A stretch of 32,000 bases of DNA from Candidatus Fokinia solitaria (lineage in GTDB: Bacteria; Pseudomonadota; Alphaproteobacteria; Rickettsiales; Midichloriaceae): NCBI RefSeq assembly GCF_003072485.1, contig NZ_CP025989.1, forward strand, positions 180,001-212,000, read 5' to 3'. The position numbers and the translations under genes were made by a program. The notes under the pieces are model-generated. The model was not told where the DNA came from. It made no database searches and was given only the letters and a program-made list of their open reading frames with translations. Of the stretch, positions 1 to 9,741 are shown piece by piece (positions within the stretch are counted from its first letter, which is position 1; each line of letters begins with the position of its first letter).

Positions 1-2
1 TA

Positions 3-245
3 GAAAAGAGTAAAAAAGAATCTGAACGTTCTCAGAACAGAAAAGCACAAGTAGGTACCGGAGAACGTTCAGAAAAAGTAAGAACTTACAATTATCCTCA
101 AAGTAGAGTGACAGATCATAGAATCGGAGTAACGATACATAATATTTTAGATGTAATGGATGGTAATATACAGAATTTCATCGATCATCTAATATCTCTT
201 CATAATGCAGAAAAGTTAGCGAATTTTTCGGAAAAAGAGTTATGA
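3..245 (+). CDS. prfA: Peptide chain release factor 1, C-terminal end (5' truncated by window edge)
   Basis: Own translation in the frame starting at nt 3: [80 protein letters not shown]. This carries the RF1 C-terminal signature (GxGxRSExxRTYNxPQxRVTDHR). Stop TGA at 243-245. Not in the supplied ORF track because it is truncated. Confidence 0.93.
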   Translation, partial: EKSKKESERSQNRKAQVGTGERSEKVRTYNYPQSRVTDHRIGVTIHNILDVMDGNIQNFIDHLISLHNAEKLANFSEKEL

Positions 246-1295
246 TGCGTTGTCATCTTTAGCAAGTTGAAATAAGTGCTTTTTCTCCTCCATATCGCTG
301 CAAATTTTGGTATTTAACTCGTACTTAGCTAATCTATAAGCTACGCTTAGTGCATTAGTTATCCCTTCTATATCAGCACCACTATGACTCTTGACCACGA
401 TACCATTCAATCCTATTAGCATAGCGCCATTGCATCGAGATGGATTGATAGTTCTAAAGACTTTTTTCAGATGTGAACGTAATAAAAAGCTGCCTATTTT
501 ACCTAATAAGCCTGCTTCGATCACAGTCTTTTTCATGATCTTTCCGATAAATTTTGCAGTACCTTCGGCTGATTTTAGAAAAATATTACCTGAAAATCCG
601 TCTGTTACTACCACATCGACATCGCCATTAATTACTTGATGAGGTTCTATAAATCCACAATAATTGATGTTTGAATTTTTCAGCAATATATGTCCTTTTC
701 TCTCAATAGTACGTCCTTTATTATCTTCATTACCTACATTAAGCATACCTATTCTTGGAGATTTAATGCCATACTCTATTTTTGAGTAAGAGCTTCCCAT
801 AATTGCAAATTGTAATATTATCTGTTCATTAATCTCAGTATTTGCGCCAAGATCTAGTATTACAATATCGTTCTTATATGTAGGGAATGGTGCTATTATT
901 GCGGGTCTATTGATGAAATTCAGCGTATGTAGCAACATCTTTCCAGTTACCATAAGTGCACCAGTATTACCGCATGATAAAGCCGCATTGGCATTATTCT
1001 TTTGCACTTCTTCTATTGCTAATCTCATGCTTGAATTCTTCTTAGCTCTAAAAGCATGAATAGGATCATCATCATTTTTCACTGATTCACCAGAATACAC
1101 GATATTCACAATATGTTGAGATAGAAGTGGATATCGAGATAATAAAGGAGATATTTCCTCTTTAATACCGCACAGTATGAAGCGAATTTCCGAATTTTGC
1201 TTTGCATACTCGTTCATAGCACTAATCACAAAGTGTGGTGCGTTATCACCTCCCATAGCGTCTACACTAATTACTACGTGATTTCTGCTGTTCAT
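240..1295 (-). CDS. plsX: Phosphate acyltransferase PlsX
   Basis: 351 aa; N-terminal [13 protein letters not shown], then GNTGALM and [16 protein letters not shown] motifs typical of PlsX. Confidence 0.95.
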   Translation of the reverse strand: MNSRNHVVISVDAMGGDNAPHFVISAMNEYAKQNSEIRFILCGIKEEISPLLSRYPLLSQHIVNIVYSGESVKNDDDPIHAFRAKKNSSMRLAIEEVQKNNANAALSCGNTGALMVTGKMLLHTLNFINRPAIIAPFPTYKNDIVILDLGANTEINEQIILQFAIMGSSYSKIEYGIKSPRIGMLNVGNEDNKGRTIERKGHILLKNSNINYCGFIEPHQVINGDVDVVVTDGFSGNIFLKSAEGTAKFIGKIMKKTVIEAGLLGKIGSFLLRSHLKKVFRTINPSRCNGAMLIGLNGIVVKSHSGADIEGITNALSVAYRLAKYELNTKICSDMEEKKHLFQLAKDDNAS

Positions 1296-1381
1296 TATCT
1301 CATCCTATGTTTTTCTTAGTAACTAGATGATAATATGATAAAGCTGTCAGTTAGTACAAATAAAATTTCTGCGTATATCAC

Positions 1382-2449
1382 CTACTTTTTATTGGATGAA
1401 TTTGAAAGTATTGTAATGGCTTCTTTTATTGAATTCATATTTAGATCTTTTTGTTCGATTAAATATATATTGCCGTGATGTGCTTTGATATATCTTGCAT
1501 TTAGAAGCTGATGTTCGTCTGTCGAATTCGGCAATGGCACAAGTATGGCTTTTTTATTTAATGTTAAAATTTCTCCTATGGTAGAGGAACCTGCCCGTGA
1601 TATTATGATATCTGATTGTGCCATTATGCTGCAGCAATCAGCGAAAAAATGCCTAATATCGCAAGATTGAATCGCTTTATTTTTAGCGTATAGTGCTTTG
1701 ATAGTTTCGACATCATTATACTTTGATATTTGCTGATATACGCGAATATCGGTATCAATATGAAGTTTCGATATTATTTCCGCCAATGTCATTGTGAGAG
1801 TAGCTGCGCCCTGACTGCCGCCGAGCATGAATAATCGTAAGCAGTCATCGAGCTTCGAGTGCGTTGTTTCCTTATAATGTTTAAATTCTTCACGTACTAT
1901 GAATCCGAGATGTACTACTGGTACATTGGTACGCGGTAGCACGATGTCTTTGTAAGTAGTGAGCAATGTAGTATTTGGAAGGTAATTTGCAAATACTCGA
2001 TTGACTTTTCCGAGTGTTGCATTTTGTTCGCACAGCAGAATATTAAAAGTACTGAAGCGTAGTAGATTGCATAATGTGAATGCAATAATAGGCATTGCAG
2101 TAGCATATCCTCCCATCCCTATGCATACGGAGTAGTTATATTTGATAGCAATGCGCACTCCGATGTAAAGCTGCTTTATTAAGTCGAAAATAAATTTCAG
2201 CTTCGCAGAGTGATGAAGAGTAGTGACGTTGAATACAAATTTTCTATCGTATTGTTTCGCTATTTTTTTTAGCAATTCTAGTGTATTCTCTTCGATATAT
2301 GCATGACCTCTTCTGTCTACCATTAATACTACATCGCAGTGTTGTAGGGCATGTTTCGCTATTTCAAGTGCAGGAAATACATGTCCACCTGTGCCACCAG
2401 TACTTATTATAACACCTTTATGTAAGAACTTGTTTATGATGGAGAACAT
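1382..2449 (-). CDS. murG: UDP-N-acetylglucosamine--N-acetylmuramyl-(pentapeptide) pyrophosphoryl-undecaprenol GlcNAc transferase
   Basis: 355 aa; STGGTGGHVFPA, IGMGGYATAMP, LCEQNATLGKVNR, MLGGSQGA and SRAGSSTIGE motifs of MurG. Confidence 0.92.
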   Translation of the reverse strand: MFSIINKFLHKGVIISTGGTGGHVFPALEIAKHALQHCDVVLMVDRRGHAYIEENTLELLKKIAKQYDRKFVFNVTTLHHSAKLKFIFDLIKQLYIGVRIAIKYNYSVCIGMGGYATAMPIIAFTLCNLLRFSTFNILLCEQNATLGKVNRVFANYLPNTTLLTTYKDIVLPRTNVPVVHLGFIVREEFKHYKETTHSKLDDCLRLFMLGGSQGAATLTMTLAEIISKLHIDTDIRVYQQISKYNDVETIKALYAKNKAIQSCDIRHFFADCCSIMAQSDIIISRAGSSTIGEILTLNKKAILVPLPNSTDEHQLLNARYIKAHHGNIYLIEQKDLNMNSIKEAITILSNSSNKK

Positions 2450-2552
2450 GATGAAGGAAGTACACTCGACTCTACAGCTTAAAAAATACTTGATTAAATC
2501 ACAAATCTCAATATAACAGTATGTACAGTTTGTTGTATTATCTTAGTTTGAT

Positions 2553-2927
2553 GTGTCTCGTATAGTAGGTGTTGATATTCCGTCCGGTAAGAAACTCTTT
2601 ATCGCTTTGACTTACATATACGGTATAGGTTTGTACAGAGCACGTGAAATATGTAAAGCCGCTGGAATAGATGGAGAAATGAGAGTCAGTAGCATGACAG
2701 AAGATCAGTTGGCTAAGATCGGAAAGTACGTCTCTGAGTATGAAGTAGAAGGTATGCTAAAAGCACGCGTTGGTACTTCCATCAAGAGATTGATAGAGAT
2801 CAATTGCTATAGAGGACTACGTCATCTTAGAAAGCTACCGTTAAGAGGGCAGCGTACTCGCACTAATGCGAGAACGAAGAAGGGCAAGAGAGTACCTATT
2901 GCAGGAAAGAAAATGGCTACAAAATAG
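2553..2927 (+). CDS. rpsM: 30S ribosomal protein S13 (uS13)
   Basis: 124 aa; RIVGVDIPSGKKL...YGIGL and CYRGLRHLRKLPLRGQRTRTNARTKKG. Confidence 0.97.
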   Translation: MSRIVGVDIPSGKKLFIALTYIYGIGLYRAREICKAAGIDGEMRVSSMTEDQLAKIGKYVSEYEVEGMLKARVGTSIKRLIEINCYRGLRHLRKLPLRGQRTRTNARTKKGKRVPIAGKKMATK

Positions 2928-2963
2928 AGTATTTATTATAATTATTGTTAATCAATTTATCCT

Positions 2964-3323
2964 ATGGCGAAAAAAGTTGTGTACTCCGGTATTGTTCACG
3001 TAGTGGCGTCATTCAATAATACTTATGTCTGCGTGACTGATCTGAATGGCTGCGTGATAGCGTGGTCGTCATCCGGCGCTAACAATTTTAAAGGTTCAAA
3101 GAAATCTACTCCGTATGCCGCACAGATAGCTGCACGAAGTGCGATAACGAAGGCTTACGATCAGTACGGATTGAGAGCTGCAACGGTGAAGATCTCCGGT
3201 CCTGGTGCGGGACGTGAATCAGCAGTGAGAGCTGTGGCTGAAAAGGTGATTGTGACGGCAATAGAAGATAGAACGCCTGTGCCACACAATGGTACACAAC
3301 CACCTAAAAGAAGACGTATTTAA
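2964..3323 (+). CDS. rpsK: 30S ribosomal protein S11 (uS11)
   Basis: 119 aa; HVVASFNNTYVCVTDLNG, SSGANNFKGSKKSTPYAAQ and HNGTQPPKRRRI. Confidence 0.97.
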   Translation: MAKKVVYSGIVHVVASFNNTYVCVTDLNGCVIAWSSSGANNFKGSKKSTPYAAQIAARSAITKAYDQYGLRAATVKISGPGAGRESAVRAVAEKVIVTAIEDRTPVPHNGTQPPKRRRI

Positions 3324-3366
3324 CGGCTAGATGTCTGTTTTGGTTAATTTTTTCATTTAAGTAGTC

Positions 3367-4416
3367 ATGCAAGAAATAAGCAAGTCGCTTACGCGTAATT
3401 GGAAAAGTTTCCCTGATGCAGTATGTACTTGTACATATATGCACCAGGGAACTTCTATATTTCAGATTTCTCCACTCAGAAAGGGCTTTGGCATTACTAT
3501 CGGAAATGCATTAAGACGTGTTTTGATGTCTTCTATATGGGGTAGTGCTATGATTTGCCTCAGAATAGAAGGATTGGAACATGAATTCTCTCAAATACAT
3601 GGAATGAGAGAAGATACCGTGGATTTCATACATAATTTGAGGCAACTCAGCTTTATTGTAAAAGATGGAGGTACACATAAATGCAGCTTGAAAATATCTA
3701 GAGGAGGAGATGTGACTGCGCGTGATGTATCAACTCCTGATGATGTTGTCATAGTTAATCAAGATGCGCATCTGTGTACACTTGCGCCGACGTTTAATGG
3801 CGTATTGGAAGTGGATTTCGTAATAAAAGGCGGTTATGGCTACTCTACATCTGATGAAAATAGAGCATTGCATCCAGACCTTTTTCAAGATACTCCGATA
3901 TATTGCGATTCTTCTTTTTCTCCGGTACGTAATTGTTTCTTTGAGATAGAAGAGGAGATTTTGCATGATACTCTGAAAATTACCTTAGAGACAAACCTTA
4001 GTATTGCTGCGGATATTGCTCTTGGAGTAGCTGCTCGTATACTACAACATAATTTTGCGCCAATTATCAATTTTGAGGAATCTAAGAGTGAAGAAAGCGT
4101 TTCTAAAACAACTGCGACACAGACATTTGATAAGAAGCTTTTTACTCTTGTGAGTAACTTGCAATTATCTGTAAGATCTCATAATTGTCTATCTCATGCG
4201 AATATCAAGTATATTGGAGATCTCGTGATAAGAAGAGAAGCAGATTTATTAAAGATGACTAATTTTGGTAAAAAATCTCTATCTGAAATAAAAGGTGTAC
4301 TACGTCATCTCGGCTTAGATCTTTGTATGACAATAAGTGGTTGGCCTCCAGAAAATGTGGATGCTATCGCTAAAAGTGCTTCAAGTGACAATAATATAGA
4401 TTTGTCTATACTATAG
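3367..4416 (+). CDS. rpoA: DNA-directed RNA polymerase subunit alpha
   Basis: 349 aa; GFGITIGNALRRVLMSSIWGSA and C-terminal LSVRSHNCLSHANIKYIGDLV helix-hairpin-helix domain. Stop TAG at 4414-4416. Confidence 0.97.
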   Translation: MQEISKSLTRNWKSFPDAVCTCTYMHQGTSIFQISPLRKGFGITIGNALRRVLMSSIWGSAMICLRIEGLEHEFSQIHGMREDTVDFIHNLRQLSFIVKDGGTHKCSLKISRGGDVTARDVSTPDDVVIVNQDAHLCTLAPTFNGVLEVDFVIKGGYGYSTSDENRALHPDLFQDTPIYCDSSFSPVRNCFFEIEEEILHDTLKITLETNLSIAADIALGVAARILQHNFAPIINFEESKSEESVSKTTATQTFDKKLFTLVSNLQLSVRSHNCLSHANIKYIGDLVIRREADLLKMTNFGKKSLSEIKGVLRHLGLDLCMTISGWPPENVDAIAKSASSDNNIDLSIL

Positions 4417-5031
4417 GGAAGGTCTTTTGCTTATTGTGGTAGATGCAGTTCTATTTCCGTGGCGAAAGCGCGGCGTGTGTGTAGATTTGTACTTTTCGAT
4501 AAATTAATGCGTGATTGATGCGTATTTACTCATGCTATAAGAGATGTCTTCTGCAAGCTAATTGCGTTGCTGTATAAATGTAGTGCTATTTCCATAGCGA
4601 AAGCGCAGCGTGTGTGTAGATTGACTTTTCGATAAATTAATGCGCGATTGACGCGTATTTACTCATACTATAGAGAAGGTCCTCTGCAAGCTAATTGCGT
4701 TGCTATGATAGATGTAGCTCTATCTCCGTAGCGAAAGCGCAGCATTGACTTTTCGATAAATTAATACGCGATTGACGCGTATTTACTCATACTATAGAGA
4801 AGGTCCTCTGCAAGCTAATTGCGTTGCTATGATAGATGTAGCTCTATCTCCGTAGCGAAAGCGCAGCATTGACTTTTCGATAAATTAATGCGTGATTGAT
4901 GCGTATTTACTCATACTATAAGAGATGTCTTCTGCAAGTTAATTGCGTTGCTATGATAGATGTAGTGCTATCTCCGTGGCGAAAGCGCAGCGTGTGTGTA
5001 GATTGACTTTTCGATAAATTAATACGCGATT
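4411..5031. repeat. Direct tandem repeat array, about 5 units (last one truncated), with internal hairpins
   Basis: Units start at about 4411, 4535, 4668, 4792 and 4916 (about 124, 133, 124, 124 and 116 nt). The core acttttcgataaatta occurs five times (about 4491, 4624, 4748, 4872, 5006). The units at 4668 and 4792 differ at about 3 positions. Units 1, 2 and 5 carry an extra segment like cgtgtgtgtagat. Confidence 0.92.
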
Positions 5032-5747
5032 CTAAGAAGAAGATGTTGCAGAAATGTATCGCACAGCGGCTTTGTATATTTTTATCTCTCAAAAAGTGCG
5101 ATGTTATTTATCACGCGCGATTTTCACTTGATAAAAAGCACTGCATCGTCTTTTCTCATTTGAAATTATGTCATCCTTGAGATTATATACCTACCTTAGA
5201 CTATGCTTCATATCTTTTTTTAGAATATGTTCTATTACTTAAGATTCTTTCGATGAAAATAGTCTTCTCATTGTATTTGTTAGATGCTAATTAAGAGGAT
5301 TATGCTGTAATCTGCATAGTTGCTAATATTTGCTCTATAGTACCGTTATAGCATCATAAAGTAGTTTTGGATAAACAGCATTATGTTAGTAAAAATATTC
5401 ATTTTTTATGTATAAAAGAGAACGCACCGCTTCTAAAGAAAGTATGTTATATGCAGATCTGTAGAAGAGAAAAATTCAAGATTTTTAGAGTTGGAAACTT
5501 TAATGAATGTCTCGCGATTCAAATCACAGTGATTTCTATGTCGAATGAAGAAGCGCATATTGTCGCTATTATTGAGTAGATTACTTTCCTTCGTTGAAAA
5601 ATAAGACAGTATCATGAGTAAATGCGAATTACTTAAGAATTTTTCAACGTCTATAATGCTTCTTCATATGATGCTTTGTCGTACTTTATATAGACAAAAG
5701 TACTAAGCGCACAATTATAGAATATGCTTTATATATAGTTGTAGTAA

Positions 5748-7325
5748 TTAGCTTTTCCTAAATTCTTCTTGAATTTGAAATGTTTTCAATATAGACGTAA
5801 TATCAGTGTAATTATTTTTTGCCGCGACAGACATAGCTGTTTCTCCAGCTTTATTAGCTATTTTCAGCTGTTCTCCACCATATTCAAGTAGTAACGACAC
5901 CATTTTAATATCTCCGTTCTTTACTGCTAATATTAAAAGAGTATTTCCATTTTCATCCGTAATTGTTGGCTTTATGCCACTTTTGATTATGTACCTAACG
6001 CTACTCAGCAGTCCCATTCTTGTAGCATCGATTAAAGCTTTTTCCTTGTTTGTATACATACTAAATACTTGTATACAAAAACTTGTATCGCTTCCTCTCA
6101 GATATGAGAGTGGCGTTTTACCATCTTTATCTTTAATCAGAACATCAGCATTATAGTACAATAGCAAAGACGTACATTCTAAATTTTTAGATTTTATAGC
6201 GATATGTAACGGTGTTTCTTTATAAGAATTTTGTAAATTTATATCAGCACCTTTTAATACAAGATATTTAGCTGCTTCTACTTTATTATTCTTTACCGCG
6301 TACAACAATACGCTATCTCCGCCAGTAAGTTGCGCGTTTACATTACCTCCTTTCTGCAAAAGCGCTGCTATCGCAAAGCAGTCATTCTGAGAAACAGCAT
6401 GAAACAACATCGTTGAGTATTCTATGCTATAAAATGGACTGACGCGTTGCTCACCAGAAGGTGATACATCATTACTATAGTATTTTCTCGAACTTATATT
6501 CTCTAACATTTTTACTTCTTGGCTTGAGACTACGAAATCTGGTAGCGGTTTTGAGTGATTTTTATTCTTAAATCCTACTTTAGGTTTTTCTTTTCCATGA
6601 GGTTTCTCTTCTCTATTTGATGTGATATTTCTATCTTCATGCTTAGTAGTATGTTGATGATTCTGTTCTGATTTTGTCATAGAATCAGTTCTATTGACAT
6701 GTACTGAATTACTTAGCTTTGATTCTTTGCTATTTTTCGCGCTTATTTGCGCATCTGAATTTACGCTTGTGTGATCATCTGTTATTTTTGGCTGCTCTTT
6801 TAGATCAGCTTCGATATTGGATGAGTGAGGAACTGCGATAGTAGTTTTCTGTGTGGAAATAATAGTATCGCTTTTTTCGGTAATATTTTGCTTGTGACTT
6901 TCTGTCTCTTTTATTTTGGAATCTTTAGCTTCAATTGCGTTGTTATTATTGTCTTTATGAGATTCATCTATTTTTGTCGAATCTTTTGCAATACTATGAT
7001 CTATTTTTAGTTTTTTTTGCATTTTTTCGTCAATCTGCGTGTCTCTTTTAGAGTCTTTTGCACTGGAACGATCATGAACGTTTGATGCGCCAACTTGCTC
7101 CTCGTGGCCAAACTTTTCTCTCATGGATTCTATATTCATGTGCACCTTCTTATGTTTCCGCTTTTCTGAGAAATGTTTTCTTTCTAGATATCTTTTATAC
7201 TCGCTTTTGCTTTTTGTTGCATTCTTATGAATTTTCTTTATTTCTTGAGGTGGTACATCTTCAGCACAAGCAAATACTGTGAAAAATAAGAAACACAGTT
7301 GTAATAATAGACATCTTTTCCACAC
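5748..7325 (-). CDS. Ankyrin-repeat protein with N-terminal signal peptide and Lys/Ser-rich central region
   Basis: 525 aa; hydrophobic N-terminus MWKRCLLLQLCFLFFTVFACA; C-terminal ankyrin consensus pieces (GDSVLLYAVKNNKVEAAKYLVLKGADINLQNSYKETPLHIAIKSKN, DENGNTLLILAVKNGDIKMVSLLLEYGGE). Confidence 0.9.
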   Translation of the reverse strand: MWKRCLLLQLCFLFFTVFACAEDVPPQEIKKIHKNATKSKSEYKRYLERKHFSEKRKHKKVHMNIESMREKFGHEEQVGASNVHDRSSAKDSKRDTQIDEKMQKKLKIDHSIAKDSTKIDESHKDNNNNAIEAKDSKIKETESHKQNITEKSDTIISTQKTTIAVPHSSNIEADLKEQPKITDDHTSVNSDAQISAKNSKESKLSNSVHVNRTDSMTKSEQNHQHTTKHEDRNITSNREEKPHGKEKPKVGFKNKNHSKPLPDFVVSSQEVKMLENISSRKYYSNDVSPSGEQRVSPFYSIEYSTMLFHAVSQNDCFAIAALLQKGGNVNAQLTGGDSVLLYAVKNNKVEAAKYLVLKGADINLQNSYKETPLHIAIKSKNLECTSLLLYYNADVLIKDKDGKTPLSYLRGSDTSFCIQVFSMYTNKEKALIDATRMGLLSSVRYIIKSGIKPTITDENGNTLLILAVKNGDIKMVSLLLEYGGEQLKIANKAGETAMSVAAKNNYTDITSILKTFQIQEEFRKS

Positions 7326-7416
7326 TACCTTTTTTGTATCTGTTTAATGAATACTGAAACTATTATGAAGTGTTTTGATGTAAAATCAATTATATGTGTG
7401 CTTATAGGTAGAGAAA

Positions 7417-7683
7417 CTAATAATTGCTATCTGAAGTCTTATACAATTCCAGCAATATTAAGCATTCTCCGTTATCCATTTTTATTGCGCCGCTGGTGAC
7501 ATCAAATGCAATAACATCACTTGTATCAGTGCGTGCAACGGTAAGGTTCGTATTTACTAGGGGTGCTATGAAATTTTCATGATTATCCATTATTTCCATT
7601 GCACCGTTCAAACTTGCAAAACTTACTTTAGATGCGGTGCATTCTGCTATTTTACCATGCGGAGAAGAGATATATATTCTCAT
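7417..7683 (-). CDS. atpC: Short ATP synthase epsilon subunit-like protein (beta-sandwich domain only)
   Basis: 88 aa; AECTASKVSFASLNGAMEIMDNHENFIAPLVNTNLTV...VIAFDVTSGAIKMDNGECLILLE matches the general layout of the AtpC N-terminal domain. The helical C-terminus is absent. Assignment is by pattern only. Confidence 0.55.
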   Translation of the reverse strand: MRIYISSPHGKIAECTASKVSFASLNGAMEIMDNHENFIAPLVNTNLTVARTDTSDVIAFDVTSGAIKMDNGECLILLELYKTSDSNY

Positions 7684-7734
7684 GTCGATACATGCCTACG
7701 TACTCAGTTCATAATGTAAGCTTATAGCAGAGTA

Positions 7735-8400
7735 CTATAATAATCCACATTGTTTTATATAACTCATAACTTCGTCATATTTGATAATGCCTTCTCTTAT
7801 TAGTATAGGATTTTTATCGTTCGTAATGTCCAATATTGTGGATGGTATACCATGCACAACCAATTCTTCATCAAGAGTGTGATAGTGCACATTCATATTA
7901 TCACCGATATGGTGATGCAGCGTTATTTGTTTTTTTAAGTCTTTTAATGAAGTTGCTGGTGTAGCACCAGAGAGATTTGCGCTTGTGCCTACGATAAGCA
8001 TATTCTCCTTCATACTTTTTAAAGCACGACTGCTATTTGGTATTCTAACTGCCACTTTTTCCTCTGAACTTATAATGGAAGTATGAATGTAATCAATAGC
8101 CGCAGGATTAGTTTGTCTTCTTGGAAGAAGAAGTGTGAGTTTACCTGGCCAGTACCGATGGATTAATCTTTCAGCAAGAGTGCTTATTTCAAAGTGTTTA
8201 GCAGCTACTTCTACTGATGGTGCGAAAATTGGCACACTTTTATCATGCAGTCGTTTTTTTAGATAGAACAGTTTTATGACTGCATTTATATTTGTCGCAT
8301 CGCATGTTAGTCCCCATGTTGTATCTGTTGGAAGGCAACATATTTCACCATCCTGTAAATGCAGATGCAAGTCTTCACATGCGCTGAATGAAACTTTCAC
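7735..8400 (-). CDS. tsaC: Sua5/YciO/YrdC family L-threonylcarbamoyladenylate synthase
   Basis: 221 aa; LPTDTTWGLTCDA, LFYLKKR, RYWPGKLTLLL, VAVRIPNS and VGTSANLSGA motifs. Confidence 0.88.
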   Translation of the reverse strand: MKVSFSACEDLHLHLQDGEICCLPTDTTWGLTCDATNINAVIKLFYLKKRLHDKSVPIFAPSVEVAAKHFEISTLAERLIHRYWPGKLTLLLPRRQTNPAAIDYIHTSIISSEEKVAVRIPNSSRALKSMKENMLIVGTSANLSGATPATSLKDLKKQITLHHHIGDNMNVHYHTLDEELVVHGIPSTILDITNDKNPILIREGIIKYDEVMSYIKQCGLL

Positions 8401-8458
8401 AGTAAGAAAAAATATGAAGACTCTCGCATCATAGCGCTATATGTGAAAATTTACGATT

Positions 8459-9613
8459 CTAATCTAAAGCTTCTTCTTTCATTGCAGTTTTACTATCGGT
8501 GCTACTGTCCTTCCATGTACTCAAGAAAACTTTTACATCTTTTCCAGTGATAATTTTATTATTATTTGCGAGAAGAGATTGTACAGCATCCATGTACATT
8601 TTAGTTTTGATAATATTTTTCGATGCAGCGTACTGCTTTTGCATTAACTCGAATCTTATTTTTTCGCCTAAAGCCGCTTTTATTGTTGATTCTTTATATC
8701 CAAGTGAATGTTGTTCTATTTCATCTGCATTTCCTTTTGCTCTATGAAGAGCATCGTTTCTATAAGCTTCAGCTTGGTTAATTAACTTTTGTTGATCTGC
8801 TTTTGCAGCTTGTACATCTCTATATGCATCACGCACTTCAGGTGCAACATAACTGTATAAAATACCTAGACTTACCACTTCAATACCACTTTCATAAGAG
8901 TTTAAAATATCCTGTAACATGTTATGCGTTTGTTGCTCTATATAACTTCTCCGTTCAGATAGTGCATCATAAAGGCTTACAACTCCTATCACTTGCCTCA
9001 TAGCGCTTTGTGCTGCTAGTTTTACAGTTTCATTCTCTTTTTCTGTTGTGTTTTTGATTTTGAAAATATAATTTACCGGATTTGATATCTTCCATTGCAC
9101 AAAAAAGCGCAAATCAACCACATTTTCATCTCCTGTTAGATGGTAACTTTCGCTTGGTAAGCTTTCGTTATTATCAGTATCAGATGTGGTATCAGTTCTT
9201 CTTAGTTTCATTATTGTCAGCATTGAGTCTCTGTCTTCCTCTGAACTGACGCTTTGAAATCCTATATGCTCTCTTCTTATTCTCGTAGTATTGACGACAT
9301 CCAATTGTTCTATTGGTGCAGGTATTTTCCAGTGTAAGCCAGGGCCGCTTATTCTATCATATTTTCCAAATCTCACTATTACTCCTATTTCGTTAGGTTC
9401 TATGAGATATAATCCGCTTCCTACAAAAATTATGATGAGGAGTAACGCAATTCCAAGCCAAAATCCGCGCATTCCAGTCAGATTTGGCGCATTCTTTTTG
9501 AAGGAATCGTATATCTCATCTAAGAAATTTTTTTGCGAAGACTTAAAATTTGACTTATTATTGTCACTCTTGTTGTCAGTCCACGGATTATCAAAGTTAA
9601 AAATTGCGAACAT
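8459..9613 (-). CDS. hflK: FtsH protease modulator HflK (SPFH/prohibitin family)
   Basis: 384 aa; DNPW near the N-terminus, one TM helix, LYLIEPNEIGVIVRFGKYDRISGPGLHWKIPAPIE, and NAYRNDALHRAKGNADE-like C-terminal region. Confidence 0.88.
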   Translation of the reverse strand: MFAIFNFDNPWTDNKSDNNKSNFKSSQKNFLDEIYDSFKKNAPNLTGMRGFWLGIALLLIIIFVGSGLYLIEPNEIGVIVRFGKYDRISGPGLHWKIPAPIEQLDVVNTTRIRREHIGFQSVSSEEDRDSMLTIMKLRRTDTTSDTDNNESLPSESYHLTGDENVVDLRFFVQWKISNPVNYIFKIKNTTEKENETVKLAAQSAMRQVIGVVSLYDALSERRSYIEQQTHNMLQDILNSYESGIEVVSLGILYSYVAPEVRDAYRDVQAAKADQQKLINQAEAYRNDALHRAKGNADEIEQHSLGYKESTIKAALGEKIRFELMQKQYAASKNIIKTKMYMDAVQSLLANNNKIITGKDVKVFLSTWKDSSTDSKTAMKEEALD

Positions 9614-9741
9614 GCGTAGGTATAATTGAATTATTCAGAAGAATAGTATCAATACTGCATACGTGCAACTGTATCTTTAAAATAGTTGACATATCCGCTA
9701 ACAGTTGTACCATTCGTGGATTGATACATTCAATCGGTAAA

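Noticed and set aside
4411-5031. Possible CRISPR array
   Set aside because: The whole 124-133 nt unit is repeated, with no unique spacers between short repeats, and no cas genes are nearby.
5367-5615. 70 aa (+) and 60 aa (-) ORFs in the rpoA downstream spacer
   Set aside because: Short, overlapping on opposite strands, no recognisable motif; expected by chance in AT-rich sequence.
6825-7282. Plus-strand ORFs (61 and 74 aa) opposite the ankyrin gene
   Set aside because: They mirror the low-complexity Lys/Ser-rich coding region; no independent support.
9604-9741. 46-residue N-terminal extension of the ABC ATPase in the ORF track
   Set aside because: It lies 5' of a better ATG at 9742 and overlaps the hflK start; the residues do not resemble an ABC ATPase.
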